DNA from: an uncultured virus (IMG/VR IMGVR_UViG_3300009785_002875)
Taxonomy: Duplodnaviria > Heunggongvirae > Uroviricota > Caudoviricetes
Length of the DNA stretch: 20,000 nt
Virus record (IMG/VR): IMGVR_UViG_3300009785_002875
Strand: one strand, 5' to 3'
Shown in pieces: positions 8,823 to 16,914 of this stretch; position 1 is the first letter of the stretch; every line of letters starts with the position of its first letter. The notes under the pieces are model-generated. The model was not told the DNA's origin. It searched no databases and saw nothing but the letters and a program-made list of their open reading frames with translations. The position numbers were made by a program, and so were the translations under genes.

Positions 8823-9857
8823 TTATAACCAAGTTATGTCATCATACTTACCCACATTATCTTTATTGTCGTTATTATTATCTTTATTGTCGTTATTATT
8901 ATCTTTATTGTCGGTGTTGGTTTGTGTAGTTTCTACTTCACTACTGTTGTTGTTCCCGTATAACCTAGTTATCGATGGGTGATTTAAATTTACAATTTGT
9001 AAATTTTCATTTCTATATTTAGAGTTTTCTGGTAGACATTTAAATTTAACAGCAAAAGCTTTATAATTGCCCATTACTGGTCCTTTTTTTCGACCATCAT
9101 CAAACCACTCATCAGAAAGACTATAAGGTACGTTATAATAATGAACACACCCAGTATAAGTGTTAGTTTTTTTATTAGATGGGTCCAACCCCAATTCTAC
9201 AGCCACTAAATCCTCAAATTTTCTATGTAAAACATCTTTTAGGTCACCACTGGGTAGTTGGAATACCACCAGACCTTCTTTACTTTTTAAATTTGCCAGT
9301 TCAGCTTCATCTGGTGGGTACCATAAATTAGAAGACAGTTCACAGAGTTTTTCCATCCAATCCTCTAATAGAGCGTCTTTTGTCCCGTCACCAACATATA
9401 ATTCTTGGCATGTTCTTTTACCACCATCAACGTCTGATTTTATTATACCTAATAACCTATATATTCTACATATGTTTGGTACGTCTTGTATTGTTTGGTT
9501 GTTTCCATTTGTTAATATAGTCTCAACCACATCCTTAACTGTTTTTCCATTATCAGGACTACTTGTTCTATAAATTGTTAACGTATCCCAAGGATACTCA
9601 TCGAAACAACCGGTATCTACATCTTCAACACCCGTACCATCCCATTTATAGTTCTCATTTGGCATTAGTTTTTTCAGTGGTTGCTGTTGGGCATCCACAT
9701 AATTATTTTCTTCTGATGAGTTTTTAAAATCAACACCCCCTAACTTACACGGACAAGTTTTTGATGTTTGTTCTAGTAGTACCTTGGCCAAACCAAAGGT
9801 GTTTCCGTCTATCGTAAACCGTTCTATTAATTCTTTAATTCTGTTATTCTTCATCAT
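8823..9857 (-). CDS. Hypothetical protein (~344 aa), putative virion-associated
   Basis: Last gene of the 13247-8823 operon, overlapping the upstream gene. Leader NRIKELIERF...LLEQ, several Cys, N/D-rich tail. Confidence 0.85.
   Translation of the reverse strand: MMKNNRIKELIERFTIDGNTFGLAKVLLEQTSKTCPCKLGGVDFKNSSEENNYVDAQQQPLKKLMPNENYKWDGTGVEDVDTGCFDEYPWDTLTIYRTSSPDNGKTVKDVVETILTNGNNQTIQDVPNICRIYRLLGIIKSDVDGGKRTCQELYVGDGTKDALLEDWMEKLCELSSNLWYPPDEAELANLKSKEGLVVFQLPSGDLKDVLHRKFEDLVAVELGLDPSNKKTNTYTGCVHYYNVPYSLSDEWFDDGRKKGPVMGNYKAFAVKFKCLPENSKYRNENLQIVNLNHPSITRLYGNNNSSEVETTQTNTDNKDNNNDNKDNNNDNKDNVGKYDDITWL
8856..8913. repeat. 21-bp tandem repeat, ~2.8 copies (encodes DNKDNNN)
   Basis: ATTATCTTTATTGTCGTTATT at 8856 and 8877, partial copy at 8898. 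Confidence 0.9.
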
Positions 9858-11499
9858 TATTTTTTAAAGCGTTTATGTTCTGATTGACAATTTTCTTAAA
9901 CTCAGTACCATCAAACTCCAGAGTATGTCTCGCTAATTCACCTGTACACATTGGCCACCCATCTTCATCCTCACCTGTAGCCACCTCAAAACACGCTTCC
10001 CCTAAAGCGGTTTTGTGTATAGAGTTTTGCACACCAACTGGTATCCCTTTTAATTTATCTACCCAAGCAGTAGCCTTACAACCTACTCCAGTATTTTCTT
10101 CACCACAGTAGTCGACCAGAAGTTGGTAATATACAATGGATATAGTTTGTCCTGGTACCATCGTTGAACACCACTTTTGGTAACTATTACCTTCACCAGT
10201 TTCCATCATTGTTGGGTATTCGGGTAGAGAACTAAATACCCTACTCTGCACTTCTTCATCAGTTAATTTAGTTTTAGAATCAGCACCCACAGTTATATTC
10301 AAACTCTTTATTTGGTCAAATACGAATGATATGTTTTCATCATCAAGAAAATCTTTAATCATTGTGTTTATACCTCCTTTGGCATATTTTATTGACATAG
10401 CCTCGGCCATATCTTTTAATAAGTTGTTACCAGTACCAGCTAAATTATAATAGTCTGTAAATTGTGAAGCTTGTAGTATTGATTTTATGTCACCATCTAC
10501 ATCATAGAACCCAGCTGTGGCTATTGGGTCATTATCAAAATTATCCAACTGAAGTTTCATTTTAGTATAAATTTCTTTTAATTCGTCTGTATTTAATAAT
10601 TGTTTGTTTTGTTCGATAGGAGGCCAGTCTCTTGTCATTTCCATCCAATAAGAAGTCTTAAAAGCATTTGTAACTAATTCAGCATCAGTACCTTCACCGA
10701 CACCATCTAACAAGTTTAAGTTTTTATCACTAAAAAAACTAAATATACTTTCTACAGCATATGAAGCAGTTAAAACAGTAAAGAATAATTTTGCTAATTT
10801 ATACGTTCTTGTCTTAAAAGACGCCCAAGCTGCGGGTTTACTGGATAGTTTTTTCGCGGCTAATTCAGCTTTGTTAGCTAAAGTTTTAATTTGTTTTTTA
10901 ACACTTCTGTTGACGTTTTTTACTAGAAGTGTATGCCCGGGTAACTTTAAGTCCTTGAACTTTACATCAAAAAGAAACTCTGAAATATCGTCTACTGAAT
11001 CTTTATTTAATGATATTTCCACTTCGTCAATCAAATCGGACATTATATTTTTATCACCTATTATTTTCTTTGCATTTTTTGGCACATCTTCAACATCAGA
11101 ATAAAATATTTTCATAAGTGCCCTTTTATAATCTGAAGAAGTATTACCAACTATCATATCATCCATAAAATCGTTTAATGAGTTAAACCCTGTATTAAAA
11201 GAATCCCAACTATTACCATTAACCAATTCTTCAAATTCTAACATCCTTGGTGATATCGATTCTCCCATCTCGTCTAAGAGATTACTAATTCTAAGTTTTT
11301 CAACACCAGCATCATCTATGTCAACTAACCACCCATATTCCCCATCAAAAGTCTTTCCCCACCATTTTGTGATTGGGTCGACAACATCGTCAATAATACT
11401 ATTTATCACCTTTTTTTGTTCTGTTAGTGTTTTACTTGGGTTGTACGTCATTAGTCCACCCATTCTTTTAAGTTCTTCTGTTAATAACCTATTTTTCAT
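9844..11499 (-). CDS. Hypothetical protein (551 aa) with one predicted membrane segment
   Basis: Leader MKNRLLTEELKRMGGLMTYNPSKTLTEQ. Hydrophobic LAKLFFTVLTASYAVESIFSFF follows a Lys-rich stretch. C-terminal Cys residues. Confidence 0.88.
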   Translation of the reverse strand: MKNRLLTEELKRMGGLMTYNPSKTLTEQKKVINSIIDDVVDPITKWWGKTFDGEYGWLVDIDDAGVEKLRISNLLDEMGESISPRMLEFEELVNGNSWDSFNTGFNSLNDFMDDMIVGNTSSDYKRALMKIFYSDVEDVPKNAKKIIGDKNIMSDLIDEVEISLNKDSVDDISEFLFDVKFKDLKLPGHTLLVKNVNRSVKKQIKTLANKAELAAKKLSSKPAAWASFKTRTYKLAKLFFTVLTASYAVESIFSFFSDKNLNLLDGVGEGTDAELVTNAFKTSYWMEMTRDWPPIEQNKQLLNTDELKEIYTKMKLQLDNFDNDPIATAGFYDVDGDIKSILQASQFTDYYNLAGTGNNLLKDMAEAMSIKYAKGGINTMIKDFLDDENISFVFDQIKSLNITVGADSKTKLTDEEVQSRVFSSLPEYPTMMETGEGNSYQKWCSTMVPGQTISIVYYQLLVDYCGEENTGVGCKATAWVDKLKGIPVGVQNSIHKTALGEACFEVATGEDEDGWPMCTGELARHTLEFDGTEFKKIVNQNINALKNNDEE

Positions 11500-11505
11500 A
11501 TATGT

Positions 11506-12969
11506 TTATTTTAAATCTTCAATTAGTGAATTTATACCTTCTCTACATTGTATAACTTTGTCCCACGCTTTCTTTTTACATTCTACACCTATACTATTTT
11601 CTTGTTCCCAATATAATCTTAAAATTCTTTCTACCTCATCTTTTAAAGTTTCCTTATCTCGCTTTTTTGTCCACATATCCCAAAGTTCTTCATTTGTAGT
11701 TCCTTTTTCTACTTCAAATGGGTTGGTACCATGCAACCACGATATAAACATTGGACTACAACCACCCAATAAAGCTTCAAGTGCACCATTAAAGAAACAT
11801 TCCATGAATTTGGGATTTCTTTGAATTGCAGAGATAAAGTCTTCGTCAGACATATTTTCAGTTTCTGTTAAGGTTTTAAGTTCTTTGGTTTGTTCTTCTG
11901 TCATTTCGTCAGTAAAAAATCTGACACCTAACTCTACCAACACACTAGATACTATAGCTGTACCTAAACCAACACCAACAAACTTTAATTCTCTCTTGAA
12001 TAAATTTAGATTACTTATAATGTCGTCGTACACACCCATCTGTTCGGCTTGGGTTCTAAATGTATTCTGCATTGTTTTAAATTCTTGTCGTGTCATATTA
12101 AGGTTAGTAATTTGACTTACATCATCCCATTGGATACCTAAAAGGTCATCTATCATTTTTTGATTAGCTGGGTTGTTGAATGATGCCATGATTTCTTTAT
12201 CTAACGCTTTTAAATCTTGGTCTGCTAAATTTTGTATGAATTTAAGTTGTTTTGTTGATAGCTCTTTGGACATTTGTTCTACAGTTTCTTGTGTGAGTTC
12301 TTTCTGAGACATTTTTTGAATAACTTCCACCAACTCTTTTTCAGCAATATTTACAGCACCACTCCTTTTAAACATTCTGGTTATTGGAAATAACTCAAAC
12401 GTTAGACTAAACGCTGCCTCTCCATACGCTTCATCTTCTAGAGCCATAAAACCACTAGCTAGACCAGATATAATGGATATAACTTGTCCGTACCCAGGTA
12501 TAAAAGCGGTAATTATAGCTATAGCGTCTAAACCTCTACGTGTGCACTCGTTCCACCCTTCACATTCGATAAAAAGATAATAGAAAAAATCAGCTAAACC
12601 ACAAAGTTCATCCTTAGGACAAGGGGTGTTATTTAATATGTCGGCCTGGGCCCAACCAACCACACCACCTGGTGTTTTCGTTGTATAATGTTTAGCACCT
12701 CTCCAAGTATTACTTATTGCTTGTTTTTGTCCACTATTAAAAAATCTAAGTAAACTAGTAGCCCAATTTACACTAGTGTTAGAACCAAGGGTACTAACAA
12801 GTGGGTTACTAGTAGCTGCTACCGTAATTGGACTAGACGAAATATAAATTGGTGAGGTTGTAAGAATTGGGGACACTAGGAACTGTTCGTTTTGCAATTC
12901 CTTAACAGAACTCTTTATAAGTTCTATTAATTCTGATTCTTTTAATATTATTATTTGTTTATTTACCAT
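11506..12969 (-). CDS. Hypothetical protein (487 aa) with hydrophobic hairpin and a TM segment
   Basis: Leader IILKESELIELIK...LQNEQ. Hydrophobic GLDAIAIITAFIPGYGQVISIISGLASG and FVGVGLGTAIVSSVLVELGVRFF. Confidence 0.88.
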   Translation of the reverse strand: MVNKQIIILKESELIELIKSSVKELQNEQFLVSPILTTSPIYISSSPITVAATSNPLVSTLGSNTSVNWATSLLRFFNSGQKQAISNTWRGAKHYTTKTPGGVVGWAQADILNNTPCPKDELCGLADFFYYLFIECEGWNECTRRGLDAIAIITAFIPGYGQVISIISGLASGFMALEDEAYGEAAFSLTFELFPITRMFKRSGAVNIAEKELVEVIQKMSQKELTQETVEQMSKELSTKQLKFIQNLADQDLKALDKEIMASFNNPANQKMIDDLLGIQWDDVSQITNLNMTRQEFKTMQNTFRTQAEQMGVYDDIISNLNLFKRELKFVGVGLGTAIVSSVLVELGVRFFTDEMTEEQTKELKTLTETENMSDEDFISAIQRNPKFMECFFNGALEALLGGCSPMFISWLHGTNPFEVEKGTTNEELWDMWTKKRDKETLKDEVERILRLYWEQENSIGVECKKKAWDKVIQCREGINSLIEDLK

Positions 12970-13247
12970 AATGGATTTGCTTTCCCCCTACCTATTCCTT
13001 TTTCTGTAGAATTATTGACTGACACCCCTACTTGATTTGCTACACCCCTAGCTATATTAGAGTTCCAAGGGGTCATTACAGCTGTACCAACACCACCACC
13101 ATCACCAGAAACACCCGTACCACCACCATCACCTTGTTCATCCAATTCGGTCTCCATATCCAATTCGTCAGACATCTCTAATTCCATATCTTCAATAATA
13201 GTTTCTATTAATGTTATAAGTTCGGTTTCGGTAAATTTAAACTTCAT
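12963..13247 (-). CDS. Small acidic/Gly-rich protein (94 aa)
   Basis: Start reassigned from 13316 to 13247 (MKFKFTETELITLIETIIED), immediately after TATTTATA at 13251-13258. C-terminus W.S.IARGVANQ...RGKANPLW contains two RGxAN motifs. Confidence 0.8.
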   Translation of the reverse strand: MKFKFTETELITLIETIIEDMELEMSDELDMETELDEQGDGGGTGVSGDGGGVGTAVMTPWNSNIARGVANQVGVSVNNSTEKGIGRGKANPLW

Positions 13248-13294
13248 ATATATAAATATATAAGACACCACTATTGTCCACCAAATAACACATA

Positions 13295-13573
13295 TTATGT
13301 CGTCTCCAATATACAATCTGGATTATCGTATAAATAACTCTCTAAAGCTTCATGTAGTGAATCTGAATTTATCGTATCTTTTAAGCCCATAATAACCTCA
13401 GATTCCGAATCAACCCAATCTCTAGATTCGTATAAATCACAATATTGTTCTAATTCACTTTCTTCAACTTCTAAATGATATGTGGTGTGTGGATTATCTT
13501 CAAGGGTAAAACCTAGGTTTATTATTCCTCGTTCTACATCTTGATAATGGTTTACAATTTCTTTAATCTTCAT
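13295..13573 (-). CDS. Hypothetical acidic protein (92 aa)
   Basis: ORF with TATTTA core at 13589-13594 upstream. Confidence 0.75.
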   Translation of the reverse strand: MKIKEIVNHYQDVERGIINLGFTLEDNPHTTYHLEVEESELEQYCDLYESRDWVDSESEVIMGLKDTINSDSLHEALESYLYDNPDCILETT

Positions 13574-13634
13574 AGTTCTTTTGAAGTTTAAATATACGGA
13601 GCACTTATCTAAAGTGAAAGAAATATTAAAATAA

Positions 13635-14015
13635 TTACAATCTTCGTGATTTTAACCAAAATATTTCTCTACCAGCTCTAGTTTCTAAAGCTCTAAGTTT
13701 TTGTTTAGATTTTCTTAGGTTTAGGTCTGGGCTGTCCATTAAATCACTCATTAACGATTCATTATATTCTAATATATCAGCTAGTAATTCTTCTGAGTAT
13801 TGTACCCTATCTTGTAGTTGTACTATTTGGTCTTCTAATAACCCAACAATTTCTTCAGGGGATAATATTTCCTTAACACCACCCTCCTCTTCTTCCTCTG
13901 GTTCGTAATATTCAACATTATCAACATTATCAACATCCATATACATAGCGTCTTCGATATTTTGTTCAATTAATTTAATTAAATCACTCTCTGTTAATGT
14001 AATTTTTTTTCCCAT
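13635..14015 (-). CDS. Hypothetical acidic coiled-coil protein (126 aa)
   Basis: Leader MGKKITLTESDLIKLIEQNIED. TATTTATA at 14037-14044. Heptad-like LLEDQIVQLQDRVQYSEELL. Confidence 0.85.
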   Translation of the reverse strand: MGKKITLTESDLIKLIEQNIEDAMYMDVDNVDNVEYYEPEEEEEGGVKEILSPEEIVGLLEDQIVQLQDRVQYSEELLADILEYNESLMSDLMDSPDLNLRKSKQKLRALETRAGREIFWLKSRRL

Positions 14016-14058
14016 TTGTATTGTTTTTAGTATTACTATAAATATACACCAAGTTTAG

Positions 14059-14090
14059 TTTGTCTATTTGGTATATTTTTTTTATCTTTG
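14059..14090 (+). promoter_or_regulatory. Bacteroidota sigma-A-like promoter, probably giving a leaderless mRNA
   Basis: TTTG 14059-14062, 20-nt spacer, TATCTTTG 14083-14090, GTG 4 nt later. Confidence 0.7.
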
Positions 14091-14094
14091 TAGT

Positions 14095-14256
14095 GTGAAA
14101 GAAAAACTTAAATCGTATAAATTAGTTGGTGTGTGTATAACCAACCAAAAATCCCTAATTAGTATTGGTAAGTTGAGACAACGTGGGTTAGTTATAAGTT
14201 CACATTTTAGTATGGATAAATTTTACTATTGGGTTAAACGTGGTGAAAAAATTTAA
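14095..14256 (+). CDS. Small basic protein (53 aa, GTG start, MKEKLKSYKL...)
   Basis: Start context is nearly identical to that of the peptidase gene at 3626. Confidence 0.55.
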   Translation: MKEKLKSYKLVGVCITNQKSLISIGKLRQRGLVISSHFSMDKFYYWVKRGEKI

Positions 14257-14262
14257 ACGATT

Positions 14263-14427
14263 ATGGGTTTTAAAGGTTATTATATAAAAATAAAAGGTTA
14301 TCGTCGTAAGGATGGTACGTTAGTTTCGTCTCACTATAGAAAATTAGAGTATAGAATAAAAATTAAAAAATTTAGTTTGGTAACCAAAGAATATGACAAC
14401 CCCAACCAACTTACTATTAATTTCTAA
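14263..14427 (+). CDS. Small basic protein (54 aa) with GYxRKDGTxVxxHYR motif; not in the ORF track
   Basis: Hand translation: MGFKGYYIKIKGYRRKDGTLVSSHYRKLEYRIKIKKFSLVTKEYDNPNQLTINF. Confidence 0.75.
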   Translation: MGFKGYYIKIKGYRRKDGTLVSSHYRKLEYRIKIKKFSLVTKEYDNPNQLTINF

Positions 14428-14453
14428 TTAGTTAGTTGTTTGGTGTTAATAAA

Positions 14454-15080
14454 TTATGAAACATATGTTATGGCTTTGTCTAACATCTGGTCCCTTCTTT
14501 TTTTAATGAGAAAATCATCAATACTAGACCACGTGGACTCACCTTCTGTTTTTTCACTACCCGCATCGTTAAAAGCTTTATCCCAATCTATATATTTTAA
14601 AATGGTATTTAAAAAATCTTCTGATTTTCTAACTTGTTTTTTTATGTTCCTTAATTTTTTATCTAATTTAACCCCACCAGAAAATAAACCCATACTTTTA
14701 TCAAGATAATCTATATTAGACATAGTTGTTTTAAATGTTAGTCTCCCATCTGGTGTGAATAAAATACTTTCTAAATTCTTTTTGTTAAAATATCCGTCTC
14801 TAGATAGTAAAACTGCCTTACCTATTTTGGCTGTAACATTTAGGTACCCATCAAAAAAATCTACTAATGCTCTAAACGCGTCTTTTGAGGCGCTATTATG
14901 CAACATATTTAAATTAAAAATATCTCCAACACCAACACTTTCTATAGCGTTAAATATATTTTGTTTATTTTCTTTTTTCATTTTTTTATCAAACTTTTTA
15001 CCTTTAAATTTGGTATTTTGTTCAATCAAATATAAATTTCTAATTTCACGACTTTCTTTATCTGTAACTATTATACTCAT
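14454..15080 (-). CDS. Hypothetical protein (208 aa)
   Basis: Leader MSIIVTDKESREIRNLYLIEQ. TATTTATA at 15094-15101. Confidence 0.85.
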   Translation of the reverse strand: MSIIVTDKESREIRNLYLIEQNTKFKGKKFDKKMKKENKQNIFNAIESVGVGDIFNLNMLHNSASKDAFRALVDFFDGYLNVTAKIGKAVLLSRDGYFNKKNLESILFTPDGRLTFKTTMSNIDYLDKSMGLFSGGVKLDKKLRNIKKQVRKSEDFLNTILKYIDWDKAFNDAGSEKTEGESTWSSIDDFLIKKRRDQMLDKAITYVS

Positions 15081-15180
15081 CTTTATGTTTTATTATAAAT
15101 ATTAGTTAAATCTTGTTTAATTTATACTATTTATAATTTGTAAACCAACATAAAAAATTGTATTATTTAAATAAAAAGAA

Positions 15181-15351
15181 ATGACTAGCAACCAAGAAAA
15201 TACTATGTATGAAATCCATAATAATTTGGATAGATTGAAGTTACGAACTAAGTTTGATAAACAGTTAAAAAAGATGTATTCCCAAGATAAACATAAATGG
15301 AAGGATATGTGTGAAAGGTGGGAATACGCTTATAAAAAAGTTTGTAACTAA
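15181..15351 (+). CDS. Small hypothetical protein (56 aa); not in the ORF track
   Basis: Hand translation: MTSNQENTMYEIHNNLDRLKLRTKFDKQLKKMYSQDKHKWKDMCERWEYAYKKVCN. A-rich leader; fills the gap up to the convergent stop at 15354. Confidence 0.7.
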   Translation: MTSNQENTMYEIHNNLDRLKLRTKFDKQLKKMYSQDKHKWKDMCERWEYAYKKVCN

Positions 15352-15353
15352 GG

Positions 15354-16325
15354 TTAAACTAACTTAACTTCAACTTTACAGAATTGGCTAGAGTATTCAC
15401 TGGCTTCCTCATAATAATACTCCCAAAGCCCTTCTATTAACTCCATTTGTTCATTAGTGTAGGTACGATAAGAACTTAATTTATTTTGTGCACTTTCTGG
15501 GAATAAGTCTTGTATGTATGGTGTGTAATCACCGTAGTTGTTTATAAATTTAGGATTAACCGGTAACCCCAAATCACCATCCTTATCTATAAGAACTCTA
15601 ATATCCCAACAAGCATAACCCTGTTCACCAAAGTTTTCTGACTCGTCAAACATATAATCAAAACCAATAGGTTCTACTTTAAATTTGAGATTCTCGAACC
15701 CCATTTCACTAGTGGTTTCCCACCCTTGTTTTGTAAACTTAGTATTTTCTACACCACCCAACCACTCTAACGCTAATACAGGATACAAAACATCACCCAC
15801 ATTATGGAACCCACTTGTTTCATCTCTAAAGTAATCATCATCAACACCAAAAAGTTTTAATGAGTTATAGTCCGCTTCACCCAAAGAATCCCAATGTTTA
15901 AATAATCTTTGTTTTAGTTTGGGGGAGATGTAATTTGTAAAATATGGATTGGTGTCTGTGGTGTAAAACCCATCATCACCAGGTAGAGGAATAGCCTCTT
16001 CTTCTATAACTTCAGTCTCATATTCTAGTTTTACTAACTTTACTATTTCCTGGTATTGTTTTGAGTTTAGAAGTACTTTGTAGTTACCAGCTAAAGGCAT
16101 TATGGCTTGTATTGTGTTTGGAAAATCTATTAGTAATTTATAAAGTTCTTCTATATCGTCACCTGTTGCCTTATTTGCAAAGTTGATAACTTCCCGTGTT
16201 GTTAACCCACCAATAAAATGAATTAACGTATATAAAGCGTTATCTATTTTTATTGGTAGCTTTCTGGTTATTACGTGGTCGGTATATTTACCCTCACCTA
16301 TTAATATTTTTCTCAACTCTTGCAT
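15354..16325 (-). CDS. Hypothetical protein (323 aa), two modules
   Basis: TATTTATA at 16330-16337. Internal VIEEE site. The second module shares an LFxxWDxxG..LKLxG motif with the 1218-aa protein. Confidence 0.85.
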   Translation of the reverse strand: MQELRKILIGEGKYTDHVITRKLPIKIDNALYTLIHFIGGLTTREVINFANKATGDDIEELYKLLIDFPNTIQAIMPLAGNYKVLLNSKQYQEIVKLVKLEYETEVIEEEAIPLPGDDGFYTTDTNPYFTNYISPKLKQRLFKHWDSLGEADYNSLKLFGVDDDYFRDETSGFHNVGDVLYPVLALEWLGGVENTKFTKQGWETTSEMGFENLKFKVEPIGFDYMFDESENFGEQGYACWDIRVLIDKDGDLGLPVNPKFINNYGDYTPYIQDLFPESAQNKLSSYRTYTNEQMELIEGLWEYYYEEASEYSSQFCKVEVKLV

Positions 16326-16362
16326 ATATTATAAATATACTAAAACCTTTTGATAGTTTTAC

Positions 16363-16446
16363 CGTATACTATAATACAATTAACTTGGTCGTTTAACTTA
16401 AATTTATTATCTTTGTACTATGAAAAAATTAATCACAATCTTATTA
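16363..16446 (+). repeat. 84-bp direct repeat, copy 1 (promoter plus start of CAP gene)
   Basis: 75/84 identical to 18273-18356 by manual alignment. Contains TATCTTTG 16408-16415, 4 nt before the ATG. Confidence 0.9.
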
Positions 16447-16914
16447 TTAATATTAACCATAACTTCTTATGGTCAGACACAACTAGATAAAGAAATCTTT
16501 AGAGTTGTGAATGAATATAGAATTTCTAATGGTTTAAACGCTTGGGTTTGGAATCAGGAATTATTTAAAGTTTCTGAAAAACACAATTATTACCAAACAC
16601 AAATTAAAAATATAAGTCATGATGAATCTATCGACATTAAAGGTCATGTCGAGGTTCGTAGATTAGGTGATAGAGTAAGTGAGGGTGTTAGTGGTAACTG
16701 GGAGAGTGTTGGTGAAAATTTGGCCCGCGTCCGTAATAAAGATTTAACAATTAATGAAATAGCTGAAAGAGTTATTAATGGGTGGATTAATTCACCACCA
16801 CACCACAAACTTTTATTATCTTCAAAAATTATGTTCAAATATGGTTCTGTAAGTTCACATTATACCTTTGGTGGAACTTACGTTACACTTAATGTTGTTT
16901 GGTTGGATGATTAG
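16420..16914 (+). CDS. Secreted CAP/SCP-domain protein
   Basis: Signal peptide MKKLITILLLILTITSYGQ. Motifs VNEYRISNGL, ISHD, VGENLA, INGWINSPPHHKLLL. Confidence 0.9.
   Translation: MKKLITILLLILTITSYGQTQLDKEIFRVVNEYRISNGLNAWVWNQELFKVSEKHNYYQTQIKNISHDESIDIKGHVEVRRLGDRVSEGVSGNWESVGENLARVRNKDLTINEIAERVINGWINSPPHHKLLLSSKIMFKYGSVSSHYTFGGTYVTLNVVWLDD

Noticed and set aside
8856..8913. Possible CRISPR array
   Set aside because: Spacer-less, in-frame 21-bp coding tandem repeat, with no cas genes.
13248..13316. ORF-track start at 13316 (likewise 8083 and 14068)
   Set aside because: These extensions run across promoter motifs. Downstream starts at 13247, 8152 and 14095 fit the motifs.
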